Shown here in pieces: positions 12,306 through 23,526 of a stretch of DNA of 64,000 nt. The notes under the pieces are model-generated. The model had not been told where the DNA came from, ran no database searches, and saw only the letters and a list, made by a program, of their open reading frames with translations. The translations under genes were made by a program, and so were the position numbers. The DNA lies in the NCBI GenBank assembly GCA_046080725.1, contig JBJTUM010000195.1:6091-70090 (forward strand). The letters run 5' to 3'. This DNA is from Cyanobium sp. GTDB lineage: Bacteria; Cyanobacteriota; Cyanobacteriia; PCC-6307; Cyanobiaceae. How positions within the stretch are numbered: position 1 is the stretch's first letter; every line of letters starts with the position of its first letter.

Positions 12306-12524
12306 ATGAACGTGGGGGAGGTCTTCTTGGAGTCCCTGTCCACCGGGATCATCACCCAACAGGAAATTGACTGGATTACCACCCAGCAGGCTGCTTTCAA
12401 TCGAGAGGAGGAGGCCATGGCCCTCCGGATTGGCCGGTTGCTGGATGAGGGAACCCTTCAAATTGGTTGTCGACTGTTTGAGCAGCCCTCCATGCGGGTT
12501 GGGCCACTCCCTCCCCTTGGTTAA
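12306..12524 (+). CDS. Small conserved picocyanobacterial hypothetical protein
   Basis: MNVGEVFLESLSTGIITQQEIDW...RIGRLLDEG..IGCR recalled as a conserved small protein. Confidence 0.65.
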   Translation: MNVGEVFLESLSTGIITQQEIDWITTQQAAFNREEEAMALRIGRLLDEGTLQIGCRLFEQPSMRVGPLPPLG

Positions 12525-13462
12525 CCCCTCTGCAGAGCCCCCCCACAGCTGGATCCAAAACCGGCGGTGCACCCAAAACAATGGTCTGCCACCTGGATTG
12601 GGGCATTCCCACAAACGGGCTGAAGCAAATCCTTGAGGTGGCCACCAAGTGGTGAGGGCAGCCCAAGCATTTGGTTGAAATCACAGTCGTAAAGCTGGCC
12701 TTGCCAATCCACACTGATCAGGGTGCGGCACATTACCTGATCCAGATTCTCAGGGTCATGATTGGCCCGCAGGAGTCCCTTGTAGGTGTCTAGACGACCC
12801 TCTCGTTCAAGATGGTCAGCAAAACGCTGAATCGGCATGTTGCTCATCACCTTGAGCTCGTTGAACACCACGCCGTACTTGGCAAGCTCCGTTTTGTAGG
12901 CCGACTGCAAGGCGTGCTGTTCTGGTGGCAGGGTCGGTCCGAGGGGATTGAACACCAGATGCAGCTCCAGAGCTGAACCCTCCAGCCCATAACCCACCCT
13001 GTTGAGTCGCCTCAGACCTTCCAAGCTTCTTGCAAAAACACCTTTTCCACGCTGACGATCGACGTTCTCTGCTTGGTAACACGGGAGGGAGGCCATGATG
13101 GTGACACCATGGGATGCGAGAAAGGGAGCGAGATCCTGCTGTCCCGCCTCTAGAAGAATGGTCAGATTGCATCGGTCCATGACTCTGACGCCCATGCCCC
13201 GTGCCTCCCGCACAAGAGAGCGGAACTCGGGATGCAGTTCCGGTGCGCCTCCAGTGAGATCAAGGATTTGCAGCCGTTGCGCGCGCAGCACTTGAGGGAT
13301 CAGTGCAACGGTCTCAGCATCCATTTGCTCTTTCCGCCAAGGCCCAGCATCCACATGACAGTGGCTGCAGGCCTGATTGCAGGTGTATCCCAAATTCACC
13401 TGCAGAGTCAGAAGCTCCGCTCGCTGGAGAGCTGGAAAAGTTGCCAAAGGTTCCACACCCAT
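12521..13462 (-). CDS. arsS: Arsenosugar biosynthesis radical SAM protein ArsS-like
   Basis: LQVNLGYTCNQACSHCHV (CxxxCxxC), DLTGGAPE, YDCDFNQML, HCFGCTAG.GSSCGG. Confidence 0.88.
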   Translation of the reverse strand: MGVEPLATFPALQRAELLTLQVNLGYTCNQACSHCHVDAGPWRKEQMDAETVALIPQVLRAQRLQILDLTGGAPELHPEFRSLVREARGMGVRVMDRCNLTILLEAGQQDLAPFLASHGVTIMASLPCYQAENVDRQRGKGVFARSLEGLRRLNRVGYGLEGSALELHLVFNPLGPTLPPEQHALQSAYKTELAKYGVVFNELKVMSNMPIQRFADHLEREGRLDTYKGLLRANHDPENLDQVMCRTLISVDWQGQLYDCDFNQMLGLPSPLGGHLKDLLQPVCGNAPIQVADHCFGCTAGFGSSCGGALQRG

Positions 13463-13570
13463 GCCGGAGAGCTCCTGTTCGTGTCTTCCTTACAGGCTTA
13501 TAGGCCAATGTCCCTCCATGGCCCTCCGCACATCAGGATGGGTGGCGAATCACGCAGATGCTGGGTGCCC

Positions 13571-14002
13571 ATGCAGCTCCAGAGTGCAACCGCGACGCCT
13601 GACGCGCTGAGTCTTCAACCCCCATGGGGCTATCGGCCCATGGCTTGGCTGGGGCTTCTGGCCAATCTGCTCATCCTCCCCCTAACCCTGCGATTCATTT
13701 TCTTGGACCCTTTCTGGCGAACGGCCAACATCACGATCGCCGCCGCTGGGGTCTTACCAACAGTCATCATGGGTGTGATTGCCTCGATTGCCCTCCTGCG
13801 GTGGCAACATTGGGGTCAGATCCTGGCCATCGTGGCTCTTTCCCTGAGCCTGGCTGTTTGTTTGCCTTACGGGATCGTCAGGTTGGTGATGGTGGAATCC
13901 GGGCGCTCCCTCCTGGCCATCGCTGCTCCAATCGTCTGGGTGATCAATGTGGCCGCCTTGGTTTTCTGGTGTCGGCCAAGCATTCGCGCCTACTTGCGCT
14001 GA
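13571..14002 (+). CDS. Hypothetical four-TM membrane protein
   Basis: Four hydrophobic segments; start estimated. Confidence 0.65.
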   Translation: MQLQSATATPDALSLQPPWGYRPMAWLGLLANLLILPLTLRFIFLDPFWRTANITIAAAGVLPTVIMGVIASIALLRWQHWGQILAIVALSLSLAVCLPYGIVRLVMVESGRSLLAIAAPIVWVINVAALVFWCRPSIRAYLR

Positions 14003-14071
14003 ATGTTGCAAATGTGGCAGTTCTCTTCCTGGCATTGCCGCCATCGTGCCCTACTGGCTAGAAGTTTGCCC

Positions 14072-14335
14072 ATGATGATTTCTTCTCCCTCACCTGGCCG
14101 TCCAAGTGCGTCTTTGCCTCCCTTGCTTGTGAAGAGGGTCTATCGGTTGGTGGATGGCCAGGGCAATCCCCACCCCGTATTGGACGACCATTACGAGACC
14201 CATGAAGCCGCCTGGGCTGAAGCGGTCTGTTGGTGGCACTTGCAGAATCCCTCCAGCCAGGATGCGATCGGGATCGGCGTGGAGGTCAGCACAGCCAATG
14301 GCGGATGGCGAACCATCCGCCTTCCATGTTCCTGA
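14072..14335 (+). CDS. Conserved picocyanobacterial hypothetical protein
   Basis: YRLVDGQGNPHPVLDD.Y...AW..A..WW..IGVEVST..GGWRT. Confidence 0.65.
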   Translation: MMISSPSPGRPSASLPPLLVKRVYRLVDGQGNPHPVLDDHYETHEAAWAEAVCWWHLQNPSSQDAIGIGVEVSTANGGWRTIRLPCS

Positions 14336-14350
14336 TTGTGAGATGTTTGA

Positions 14351-14731
<381 letters not shown>

Positions 14732-14750
14732 ATTTCAGTACCAGCCTCTT

Positions 14751-14766
14751 TGTTTCCATTGTTACA
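14751..14766 (+). promoter_or_regulatory. Possible NtcA-like site upstream of amt
   Basis: TGTTTCCATTGTTACA = GTT-N8-TAC, one mismatch to GTA-N8-TAC; no clear -10 box at the canonical spacing. Confidence 0.35.
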
Positions 14767-14845
14767 GATCAGCTCTTAGGCTGGCTTGTGAGATGAATAG
14801 GTCGTTTTCATCGCACTTGACTTGATGACCCGAAGCGCGTGGTCC

Positions 14846-16632
<1,787 letters not shown>

Positions 16633-16659
16633 GCCCATTCCTTGGGTGAATCTGAGTAG

Positions 16660-16704
16660 GGCAGGCTCAGATCTGATTCAGCGACGAATCAGATCTGACC
16701 TGCC
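16660..16704. terminator. Long inverted repeat between convergent glnK2 and cysK
   Basis: GGCAGG(c)TCAGATCTGATTC-agcgac-GAATCAGATCTGA-CCTGCC; no U-tract. Confidence 0.55.
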
Positions 16705-16711
16705 ATCTAAC

Positions 16712-17695
16712 TTAGCGGCCCAGGGCCAGACCGCTTTCACTGAAAAGTCCCTCAAAAAGAATCGAGCTTAAATAGCGCTCACCCGTATCCGGTAAAACCA
16801 CGACGATTGTCTTGCCAACAAATTCATCCTGCTCTCCTAGCCGAACGGCAACCGCTGCAGCCGCCCCACAGGAAATCCCTGCCAATATTCCTTCTTCACG
16901 GATCAGTCTGCGCGCCATGGAGATGGCATCTTCATCACTCACCTGCTCCACCCGATCCACGAGGGAAAGATCCAGGTTCTTTGGAACAAAACCAGCCCCA
17001 ATCCCCTGAATTTTGTGTGGTCCAGGTTGAAGAGGAATGCCTGCAAGGGTTTGCCTGATCACAGGGCTAGACGCAGGTTCAACGGCCACTGAAATCAGCG
17101 GCTTTCCCAATGTTTTTTTGATATATCGACTCACCCCGCTGATGGTCCCTCCAGTGCCGACTCCAGCCACAAAGGCATCAATGGAACCCTCCGTATCCTC
17201 CCAAATTTCAGGACCAGTCGTGTCATGGTGAATCTGAGGATTGGCAGGATTCACAAACTGTTGCAACATCACATATCTCTCTGGTTCTGCTTCAGCCATG
17301 TCTCGAGCGGCATGGATCGCGCCTCCCATCCCCAGTCGTCCTTCCGTCAGGACCAGATGGGCTCCATAGGCCGTTAACAACTTGCGTCGTTCCAGGCTCA
17401 TCGTTTCGGGCATGGTCAAGGTGAGGGGGATCCCCCGAGACGCGGCTACAAAAGCCAGGGCTATGCCCGTATTCCCGCTGGTTGGCTCAATCAGTTCTTT
17501 TCCAGCACCAAGTAAGCCATCCCTTTCGGCTTGCCAAATCATGGCCGCCCCGATTCTGCATTTCACCGAGTAGGCGGGATTCCTTCCCTCGATCTTGGCA
17601 AGAATCTTCGCCTTGCATCCGCTGGATATTCGGTGAAGCTCCACCAATGGCGTCCGACCGATGGTCAGACTGTTGTCACTGAAGATCCCACCCAT
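16712..17695 (-). CDS. cysK: Cysteine synthase A
   Basis: [21 protein letters not shown] (PLP Lys), [34 protein letters not shown]. Confidence 0.96.
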   Translation of the reverse strand: MGGIFSDNSLTIGRTPLVELHRISSGCKAKILAKIEGRNPAYSVKCRIGAAMIWQAERDGLLGAGKELIEPTSGNTGIALAFVAASRGIPLTLTMPETMSLERRKLLTAYGAHLVLTEGRLGMGGAIHAARDMAEAEPERYVMLQQFVNPANPQIHHDTTGPEIWEDTEGSIDAFVAGVGTGGTISGVSRYIKKTLGKPLISVAVEPASSPVIRQTLAGIPLQPGPHKIQGIGAGFVPKNLDLSLVDRVEQVSDEDAISMARRLIREEGILAGISCGAAAAVAVRLGEQDEFVGKTIVVVLPDTGERYLSSILFEGLFSESGLALGR

Positions 17696-17817
17696 AGGGG
17701 CTTGCCCTGCTGAAACCACCCTAATCAGCGTGTTCTCCCCCGGGATTGTCAAGCGCCCTGCCTACATGGTCTTTTTTACGCCATTGCATAAAATCTTTGC
17801 ATCCTCAGACGATCAGT

Positions 17818-18315
17818 GTGAAAACAGCCCTGGGCGGTCCTATCGGCTGGTTGCTGATCCTTCTCTCGATCGCCGTCCTCACTGTTGCCTTTGAACGTTT
17901 GCGGTTTTGGTTTGTCTGGTGGAAACGCAGAGGTCAGGTTCGTAATCAATGGATGGATTCCATACAACACGGAGGCAATGCCCCCTTCATCTGGATGGAG
18001 GAACGGGATCTTGAAATGCGTTTTGCTCAGCCTTTCTTAGAGGCATCCACCGTCATCGCCCCCTTAATGGGTCTGATCGGGACGGTTTTTGGCTTGAGCC
18101 GCCTGTTGTCTGCCATGGGGCCGGAGATGATTCTCCCTCCAGGGCGCCATCTCGGTGGATTTGGAGATGTCCTGGTCAGCACTGCCATGGGCTTGAGTAT
18201 CAGCCTATTGGCGACCGTGACGCTCCACCTCAACAATGGCTTGCGCCAGTGGCAGCTCTCCCGTTGGCAGCGGGACTTGAACCGCCAGCCCGCTCTCTCC
18301 CCAATCAAGCCATGA
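17818..18315 (+). CDS. MotA/TolQ/ExbB proton channel family protein
   Basis: GGPIGWLLILLSI..ER, IAPLMGLIGTV, GFGDVLVSTAMGL. Confidence 0.85.
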   Translation: MKTALGGPIGWLLILLSIAVLTVAFERLRFWFVWWKRRGQVRNQWMDSIQHGGNAPFIWMEERDLEMRFAQPFLEASTVIAPLMGLIGTVFGLSRLLSAMGPEMILPPGRHLGGFGDVLVSTAMGLSISLLATVTLHLNNGLRQWQLSRWQRDLNRQPALSPIKP

Positions 18316-18674
18316 ATTTGGCGTTTCAGTCGTTGCTGATGCTTCTTTTGCTGGTCTGCGGGGCTGTTGTCGTCTTGCCCTACTGGTTGTTTCGCCCTGA
18401 TCCGTCTCTTTCTCCGCCCCTTCGCCTTGGCCTCAAGCAGCCAGGGATCTGGGTGGTGGAAAGCGGCAAAGATCAATGGTTTGTAAACGGTGCTCTTCAT
18501 GCCAAGGCTGATCTTGCTGCCCTGCTCAAGGAGCAGTCTCAGAAACAGCTGGTCCACTACCTCCCTTCGGATGCCCTCCCCTTGCAGAGAGTCACCACTT
18601 CCGTGCAATGGCTTCGTTCACTGGCACCGAATGCCGTTGTTCTTGAACTTCCACCTCAGCGGTTCAGCCCATGA
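18312..18674 (+). CDS. Divergent ExbD/TolR-like protein 1
   Basis: Single N-terminal TM helix; ExbD-like periplasmic pattern (WFVNG..DLAALL..LPSDALPLQRV); ATGA overlap with exbB. Confidence 0.6.
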   Translation: MNLAFQSLLMLLLLVCGAVVVLPYWLFRPDPSLSPPLRLGLKQPGIWVVESGKDQWFVNGALHAKADLAALLKEQSQKQLVHYLPSDALPLQRVTTSVQWLRSLAPNAVVLELPPQRFSP

Positions 18675-19060
18675 CCAAGATCCCCCTACCTGATCCAAGC
18701 CATCGATCACTAATGCTCGATGGCTTAGGGCTTGGTCTGCTCAGCACTTCTCTGGCTGCTTTTGCGATCTGGAGCACTCTCACCGCGCAAACCATTGCCC
18801 AGCAACCAGCCCTGCAGGGTGTCATGGCTTTCCATCTCAGTAGGACGGGGGGGTTACGACTTTGGAATCAGCCCATCCTTGCTCAGGATCTGCCGATGCT
18901 TCTCAAAAGAGCCCACGCCCGATCAACCCCCGGCAAGCGAATTGTTGTGAGGTTGGTTCCCGATCCCGAGGTGCCATGGGGGGCGATCCATCGCATGCTC
19001 ACCCGACTCCAGCCCAACCGTCAGGACCGTAACTGGGTTCTTCAACTCCAGATGCCATGA
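18671..19060 (+). CDS. Divergent ExbD/TolR-like protein 2
   Basis: MLDG before the TM helix; LRLWNQPI..DL..VRLVPDPEVPWGAI..ML pattern; ATGA overlap. Confidence 0.65.
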   Translation: MTKIPLPDPSHRSLMLDGLGLGLLSTSLAAFAIWSTLTAQTIAQQPALQGVMAFHLSRTGGLRLWNQPILAQDLPMLLKRAHARSTPGKRIVVRLVPDPEVPWGAIHRMLTRLQPNRQDRNWVLQLQMP

Positions 19061-19794
19061 AGACCACACCTGCCGTGCCAAAACAGGCGCAGGCCCTCTT
19101 GATGGCATTGATGAGTGCGTTGGCCTTCCATGCACTTGTTCTTTCTTACCTTCAGTTGCAGCGCCATAAAGCGACCTTGCCCGAAGGCTTGCAGAGCAGG
19201 GATAACACGCCGGAACTCCTCCAGTTCTCCAGTGAACCAGCCCCGGTGTCCAACCTGGAGCTTCTTCCTATGCCACAAGCCAGCATCTTGCCGCCTCCTC
19301 GGGTCCAGCCACCAGCCAAACCTTCAGGAGCCAAACAGAAGCCCCAAACACAGATGGCTCCAAAGACCGGGATTAAGACAACGAAAGTGATTCGATCTGT
19401 TCGTCCCACCACACTGGCTTCTCCACCATCGCAAGCAGTCGGTCCCACGGATTTGGCTGAAGCCGTAGAGGCCATTCGCCTGTTCACAGGACCAGCGGAG
19501 AATCCGCTGTCTCCAGTACAAAAGGAGTCGTACGAGAAGCTCTGGGCACAAGGACGCTCCCATCCAAAAGAATATTTCGCCACACTCGATGCGAATTTGG
19601 CTGAGTCTATTGAGATTCGGTCCCTTTCTTTAAAACAGGCCCAAAATAAAGAGCTTGTCATCCGCCATCAGCAGTTCATGGTGATGGATGATCGGATCGC
19701 CTTGTTTTGGCTGGATGGTCAGAGGGTGTGGATTTTGCAGTCTGTCAAGACGCCAGCATCTACCCCTGATTCAGGAAGTGATTCAAAGGGTTGA
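19057..19794 (+). CDS. TonB/TolA-like membrane-anchored, Pro-rich protein with an unrecognised C-terminal domain
   Basis: TM helix containing S..H (MSALAFHALVL), Pro/Lys-rich linker, ATGA overlap. Confidence 0.55.
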   Translation: MKTTPAVPKQAQALLMALMSALAFHALVLSYLQLQRHKATLPEGLQSRDNTPELLQFSSEPAPVSNLELLPMPQASILPPPRVQPPAKPSGAKQKPQTQMAPKTGIKTTKVIRSVRPTTLASPPSQAVGPTDLAEAVEAIRLFTGPAENPLSPVQKESYEKLWAQGRSHPKEYFATLDANLAESIEIRSLSLKQAQNKELVIRHQQFMVMDDRIALFWLDGQRVWILQSVKTPASTPDSGSDSKG

Positions 19795-20916
19795 GCGGAT
19801 GGGTAACCGAAGTTCAAATCGTGCTCCTCCCTTGCTGTCGTTTTCTCCAAAAACCCATCCTCCGTGGGCGAGAGCGATTTGCTGCACGATAGCCAAACCC
19901 AACCCACTGCCTCCCCGATGTTGTCGATAGCGGGATGTGTCACCACGGTAAAATCGATCAAACATGTGTTCCATATCCTGTTCACTCAAGCCAACCCCTT
20001 GATCGCAGATGCCGATTCGAACCCAATCCGTAGTGGACTGAAGATCCACATTTATTTCGCCACCTATGGGGCTAAAGTTGAGAGCGTTATCAATGAGATT
20101 CAACAGTGCTCGATGGAGCCTCAGTGGATCAGCAAACACGACTAGGTGGCTAGCCTGGTCCTTCTCTTCTTGGATAATGTGGATATGAATCTTTTTTTGA
20201 TCTGCCAGTGGCTTGATCCCATGGCACACATCCCTGAGCAGTTCCAGGAGATTAACTTCTTTACCGCGAATACCCTCACCAGGTAATACATTCTCCAGCC
20301 GCGATAACTCCAAGAGATCTCCAACCAATTCCTGCATCCGTCTCAATTCCTTTAGCAGTCTTTCCACGAGCACCGCGTTTTGATCCGTAACATTTCCTGC
20401 CAAGCTGTCACCGACAAGGAGAAGCGCTGTGAGGGGAGTCTTGAGTTCGTGAGCTACATCACTGACCCATCTTTCCTGCTGATCCAGTTGGGCCTCTAAA
20501 GAACGACGACTCTGCAGCAGGATGGCAACCATACCTTGTTGGCCATCAAAGGCAAAAGCCTCAAGTTCTTCTTGCCCATAATCCCACTCCACTCGCTGGG
20601 GCTTTGATCGATCACGCACATTCTCAACCAAATCCATCAACACCTTGTAGTCGTTAAGCTCGGACAGTACTAAAGACGAGCGATCGGAGGATGGAATCTC
20701 CAAGAGTCGCTCCGCTTTTCCATTATAGAAACGAACTCTGTTGTATGAATCTAGGATCATCCAGCCGACAGGGGCCTGGTCGATCCAGGACAACAACTGT
20801 TCTCTAGTAGGTTTAAGGCGAAGTCTGCCTTGCCTGATGTACGTAAATCTTCCAAGGGCAAATCCAAAAATCAATGTTGCTGCATAAAGAGGAAACCAAG
20901 GCACCAGTTTTAGCAT
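19783..20916 (-). CDS. phoR: Phosphate regulon sensor histidine kinase (PhoR/SphS)
   Basis: TM helix, PAS-like region, SDVAHELKTPL H-box, NLIDNA, DQGVG, FDRFYRGD, GSGLGL. Confidence 0.88.
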   Translation of the reverse strand: MLKLVPWFPLYAATLIFGFALGRFTYIRQGRLRLKPTREQLLSWIDQAPVGWMILDSYNRVRFYNGKAERLLEIPSSDRSSLVLSELNDYKVLMDLVENVRDRSKPQRVEWDYGQEELEAFAFDGQQGMVAILLQSRRSLEAQLDQQERWVSDVAHELKTPLTALLLVGDSLAGNVTDQNAVLVERLLKELRRMQELVGDLLELSRLENVLPGEGIRGKEVNLLELLRDVCHGIKPLADQKKIHIHIIQEEKDQASHLVVFADPLRLHRALLNLIDNALNFSPIGGEINVDLQSTTDWVRIGICDQGVGLSEQDMEHMFDRFYRGDTSRYRQHRGGSGLGLAIVQQIALAHGGWVFGENDSKGGARFELRLPIRSTL

Positions 20917-20930
20917 TGAACAGACCTTTG

Positions 20931-21635
20931 TCAGCCAAAGCGATAGCCAAAGCCACGAACTGTTTGTAGAAAGGTTGGCTCAGATGGATTATCCTCCAAT
21001 TTCTCTCGCAACCAACGGATATGGACGTCGACCGTTTTACTATCGCCAAAGTAGTCGTGGCCCCAGATGTGCTCTAGGAGCTTGTCTCTGCTCCAGACGC
21101 GCCTGGGGTTTTGCATAAAAAGCTCAAGGAGTCGATATTCCTTCGGAGAGAGGTTAATCTCCTTACCTTCGCGTGTCACCCGGCATTCCTCTGGATAGAG
21201 TTTAAGGGGGCCGTGGCTCAATACCTGCGTTGGGAAGCTTTGAGTTGAGCTTCGTCGCAGTAGAGCTCTTGCCCTGGCGACCAGTTCCCTCATCCCAAAG
21301 GGCTTGACGAGGTAGTCGTCGGCGCCCACTTCCAGACCCAGAACCCGATCGGTTTCATGGTCTCGGGCGCTGACCACCAAAATGGGAGTCTGATCACCCG
21401 CAGCCCGCATCTTACGGCAGAGATCGAGACCACTCATGCCGGGCAACATGAGGTCCAAGACGATCAGGGAAAAGGGCTGCTGGCGCTGAGTTTCGATCAA
21501 TTGAAGTGCCGCCTGGCCATTCCCACAGGCGGTAACATCAAATCCCTCAACAAAGAGGGCTTCTCGGATGGTTTCCCTGATGGTTTCATCGTCTTCAACA
21601 ATCAACAGGGAAGGGTTCATGCCCTCATTCTGCAT
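20931..21635 (-). CDS. phoB: Phosphate regulon response regulator (PhoB/SphR)
   Basis: OmpR family: VEDD, LDLMLP, KTVDVHIRWLREKLE, TVRGFGYRFG; pstS/phoR context. Confidence 0.92.
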   Translation of the reverse strand: MQNEGMNPSLLIVEDDETIRETIREALFVEGFDVTACGNGQAALQLIETQRQQPFSLIVLDLMLPGMSGLDLCRKMRAAGDQTPILVVSARDHETDRVLGLEVGADDYLVKPFGMRELVARARALLRRSSTQSFPTQVLSHGPLKLYPEECRVTREGKEINLSPKEYRLLELFMQNPRRVWSRDKLLEHIWGHDYFGDSKTVDVHIRWLREKLEDNPSEPTFLQTVRGFGYRFG

Positions 21636-21676
21636 GAGTTTTGCTTCTCTGGCTGGGATGGACCAGAACGAGGTAT

Positions 21677-22309
21677 TCAACGCCTAGGAAGGGGAGCCAG
21701 GATGATGCTGCGCTGGGAATCAATGCTCAACCAGCCCATTTCCTTCAGTTGGCCAATGATTCGTGTCACCGTAACCCTTGTTGTTCCAAGGGCACTGGCA
21801 ATTTCTTGATGGGTTAACTTCGGGGTGAGTCGCAACCCCTGCGGGCAAGCCACCCCATAATCAAGGGCTAGCAACTCCAGGAACCCTCGGATCCGATCCT
21901 CCACGCGACGCAAACCCATGAGCGCCAGCATGGCTTGGCTTTGCCGTTGTCTCTGGCTCACAGCGTCCAGCAAGGCTGGGGCCAGACAGGGGTGCTTCTC
22001 TAATTCAGCATGGGAGAGACACAACAGATCACACTCCGAGAGGGTTGCAGCCTCATAGGCTTCAGGACCTGCCAGGGACTCCCCAAAGAGTTCATTGGGA
22101 CCTGCCAAACCAAGCATGACCTCATCACCGTGGATGGTGACACAGCCCAGTTTCACCATACCCCGCACGACAAGCCAGACGTGATGCCTGAGCAAGGGAA
22201 CGGAGCTTCCCGGCCCCATTTGAACTAAGGAGGTTCGTTGATAACTGGTCTCCAGGAGTTCACGGAAACGATCACTGTTGCTGGCTTCACGTAGCGGTGT
22301 GATTCCCAT
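21677..22309 (-). CDS. ptrA: Crp/Fnr family regulator, PtrA-like
   Basis: WLVVRGMVKL, LTHQEIASALGTTRVTVTR HTH; directly downstream of pstS. Confidence 0.8.
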   Translation of the reverse strand: MGITPLREASNSDRFRELLETSYQRTSLVQMGPGSSVPLLRHHVWLVVRGMVKLGCVTIHGDEVMLGLAGPNELFGESLAGPEAYEAATLSECDLLCLSHAELEKHPCLAPALLDAVSQRQRQSQAMLALMGLRRVEDRIRGFLELLALDYGVACPQGLRLTPKLTHQEIASALGTTRVTVTRIIGQLKEMGWLSIDSQRSIILAPLPRR

Positions 22310-22395
22310 AAGGCAGTGCCAGGCGACAGCTAAACGGTAAGGGCAAAGGGCAAAGTTTAACGGAAGGCGGGTTGATCAAAGGGTTAAGAACACAG

Positions 22396-22425
22396 TAAGA
22401 AGCCGCCAGGAAGCTCCCGGCGGCT
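22396..22425 (-). terminator. Hairpin after pstS
   Basis: Minus strand AGCCGCCGG-gagctt-CCTGGCGGCT followed by TCTT. Confidence 0.5.
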
Positions 22426-22443
22426 GGTTTTGCTGTGCCGAAA

Positions 22444-23424
22444 TCAGTTGCCGATCTGGGCAACTGCACGCTTAGCTTTGTTCAAAATGGCGCCTTGAAG
22501 TGGCACATAGCCGAGGTCATCAGCCTTGGCTTGGGCAGGGCCAAGAAGATGATTGATGGCCTTGCGAACTTCATCGGCTTTCTGTCCGTTGCCTTTTCGA
22601 TAGGCAAGGATCCAGGTGAGAGTAGCAATCGGGTAGCTGTCCACACCCAAGGGATTGGGGCTTTCACCCGCCAGGTTGCTATCCAACTTGATCGCACTCA
22701 GAGCCGCAGATCCTGATTTCAGGTTGGGTTTTACAAATTTTCCGGCTTTGTTCTGCAGGGCAGCGGCTTTGAGGGGGCCCTTGACGAAGGCTTGGTTCAC
22801 ATAACCGATGGAACCAGGTGTGTTCGTAAGGATGCCTGCCACACCTTCATTGCCTTTGCCCCCAACACCAACAGGCCAGGTCACGCTCTTCCCTTCACCC
22901 ACCTTCGACTTCCATTCCGGGGAGAAGCTGGAGAGGGAGTTGGTGAAAGCAAAGGTTGTGCCCGATCCATCAGATCGATGCACCACCTTGATGGGCCCCT
23001 TACCGCATTTCAGCTCTTCCCAGGTTTTGATGTTGCCAAGAAACACATCGGCTGCCTGTTTTTGAGTCAGCTGTAACGAGGGGCAATCGGATTTGTTGTA
23101 GGCGATGGCTATGGTTCCCCCCACAACAGGGATTTGAACCACACCCCTGGAAACTTTGGCGGCTTCAGATGCCTTGATCGGTTCATCAGTCGCACCAAAA
23201 TCAACGGTACCTGCGATGAATTGACGCACCCCAGCACCAGAGCCCACAGATTGGTAATTCACCTTGAGGCCGCCGCTCGCGGAGAGAGACTGAAATGCGG
23301 CCTGATAGAAGGGAGCTGGGAACGAGGCACCGGCGCCACTGATGGCCTGCTGCGCTGAGGCCGCGTTCCCAACAGCCATGGCTGTGAGGAGAGAAATGCT
23401 GCAAACCTTCTGATGGAAGGCCAT
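22444..23424 (-). CDS. pstS: Phosphate ABC transporter substrate-binding protein
   Basis: GAGASFP, YQSVGSGAG, DFGATD, HRSDGSGTT, GKGNEGV. Confidence 0.96.
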   Translation of the reverse strand: MAFHQKVCSISLLTAMAVGNAASAQQAISGAGASFPAPFYQAAFQSLSASGGLKVNYQSVGSGAGVRQFIAGTVDFGATDEPIKASEAAKVSRGVVQIPVVGGTIAIAYNKSDCPSLQLTQKQAADVFLGNIKTWEELKCGKGPIKVVHRSDGSGTTFAFTNSLSSFSPEWKSKVGEGKSVTWPVGVGGKGNEGVAGILTNTPGSIGYVNQAFVKGPLKAAALQNKAGKFVKPNLKSGSAALSAIKLDSNLAGESPNPLGVDSYPIATLTWILAYRKGNGQKADEVRKAINHLLGPAQAKADDLGYVPLQGAILNKAKRAVAQIGN

Positions 23425-23478
23425 TGAAGTAACACCTTGAGGATGCTCCCACTGGCTAATGCATACAGAGCCCATAGG

Positions 23479-23497
23479 TCGTTATGAATGGTTTAAG
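23479..23497 (-). promoter_or_regulatory. Putative Pho box upstream of pstS
   Basis: Minus strand CTTAAACC-att-CATAACGA, an 11-bp periodic match to cyanobacterial CTTAACCT repeats. Confidence 0.5.
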
Positions 23498-23526
23498 AAA
23501 CGACGAAGTTCTGGTTTTGGCTCTGC

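Noticed and set aside
12046-12309. 87-aa plus-strand ORF
   Set aside because: Overlaps the more plausible minus-strand small ORF and the likely promoter region; no supporting features
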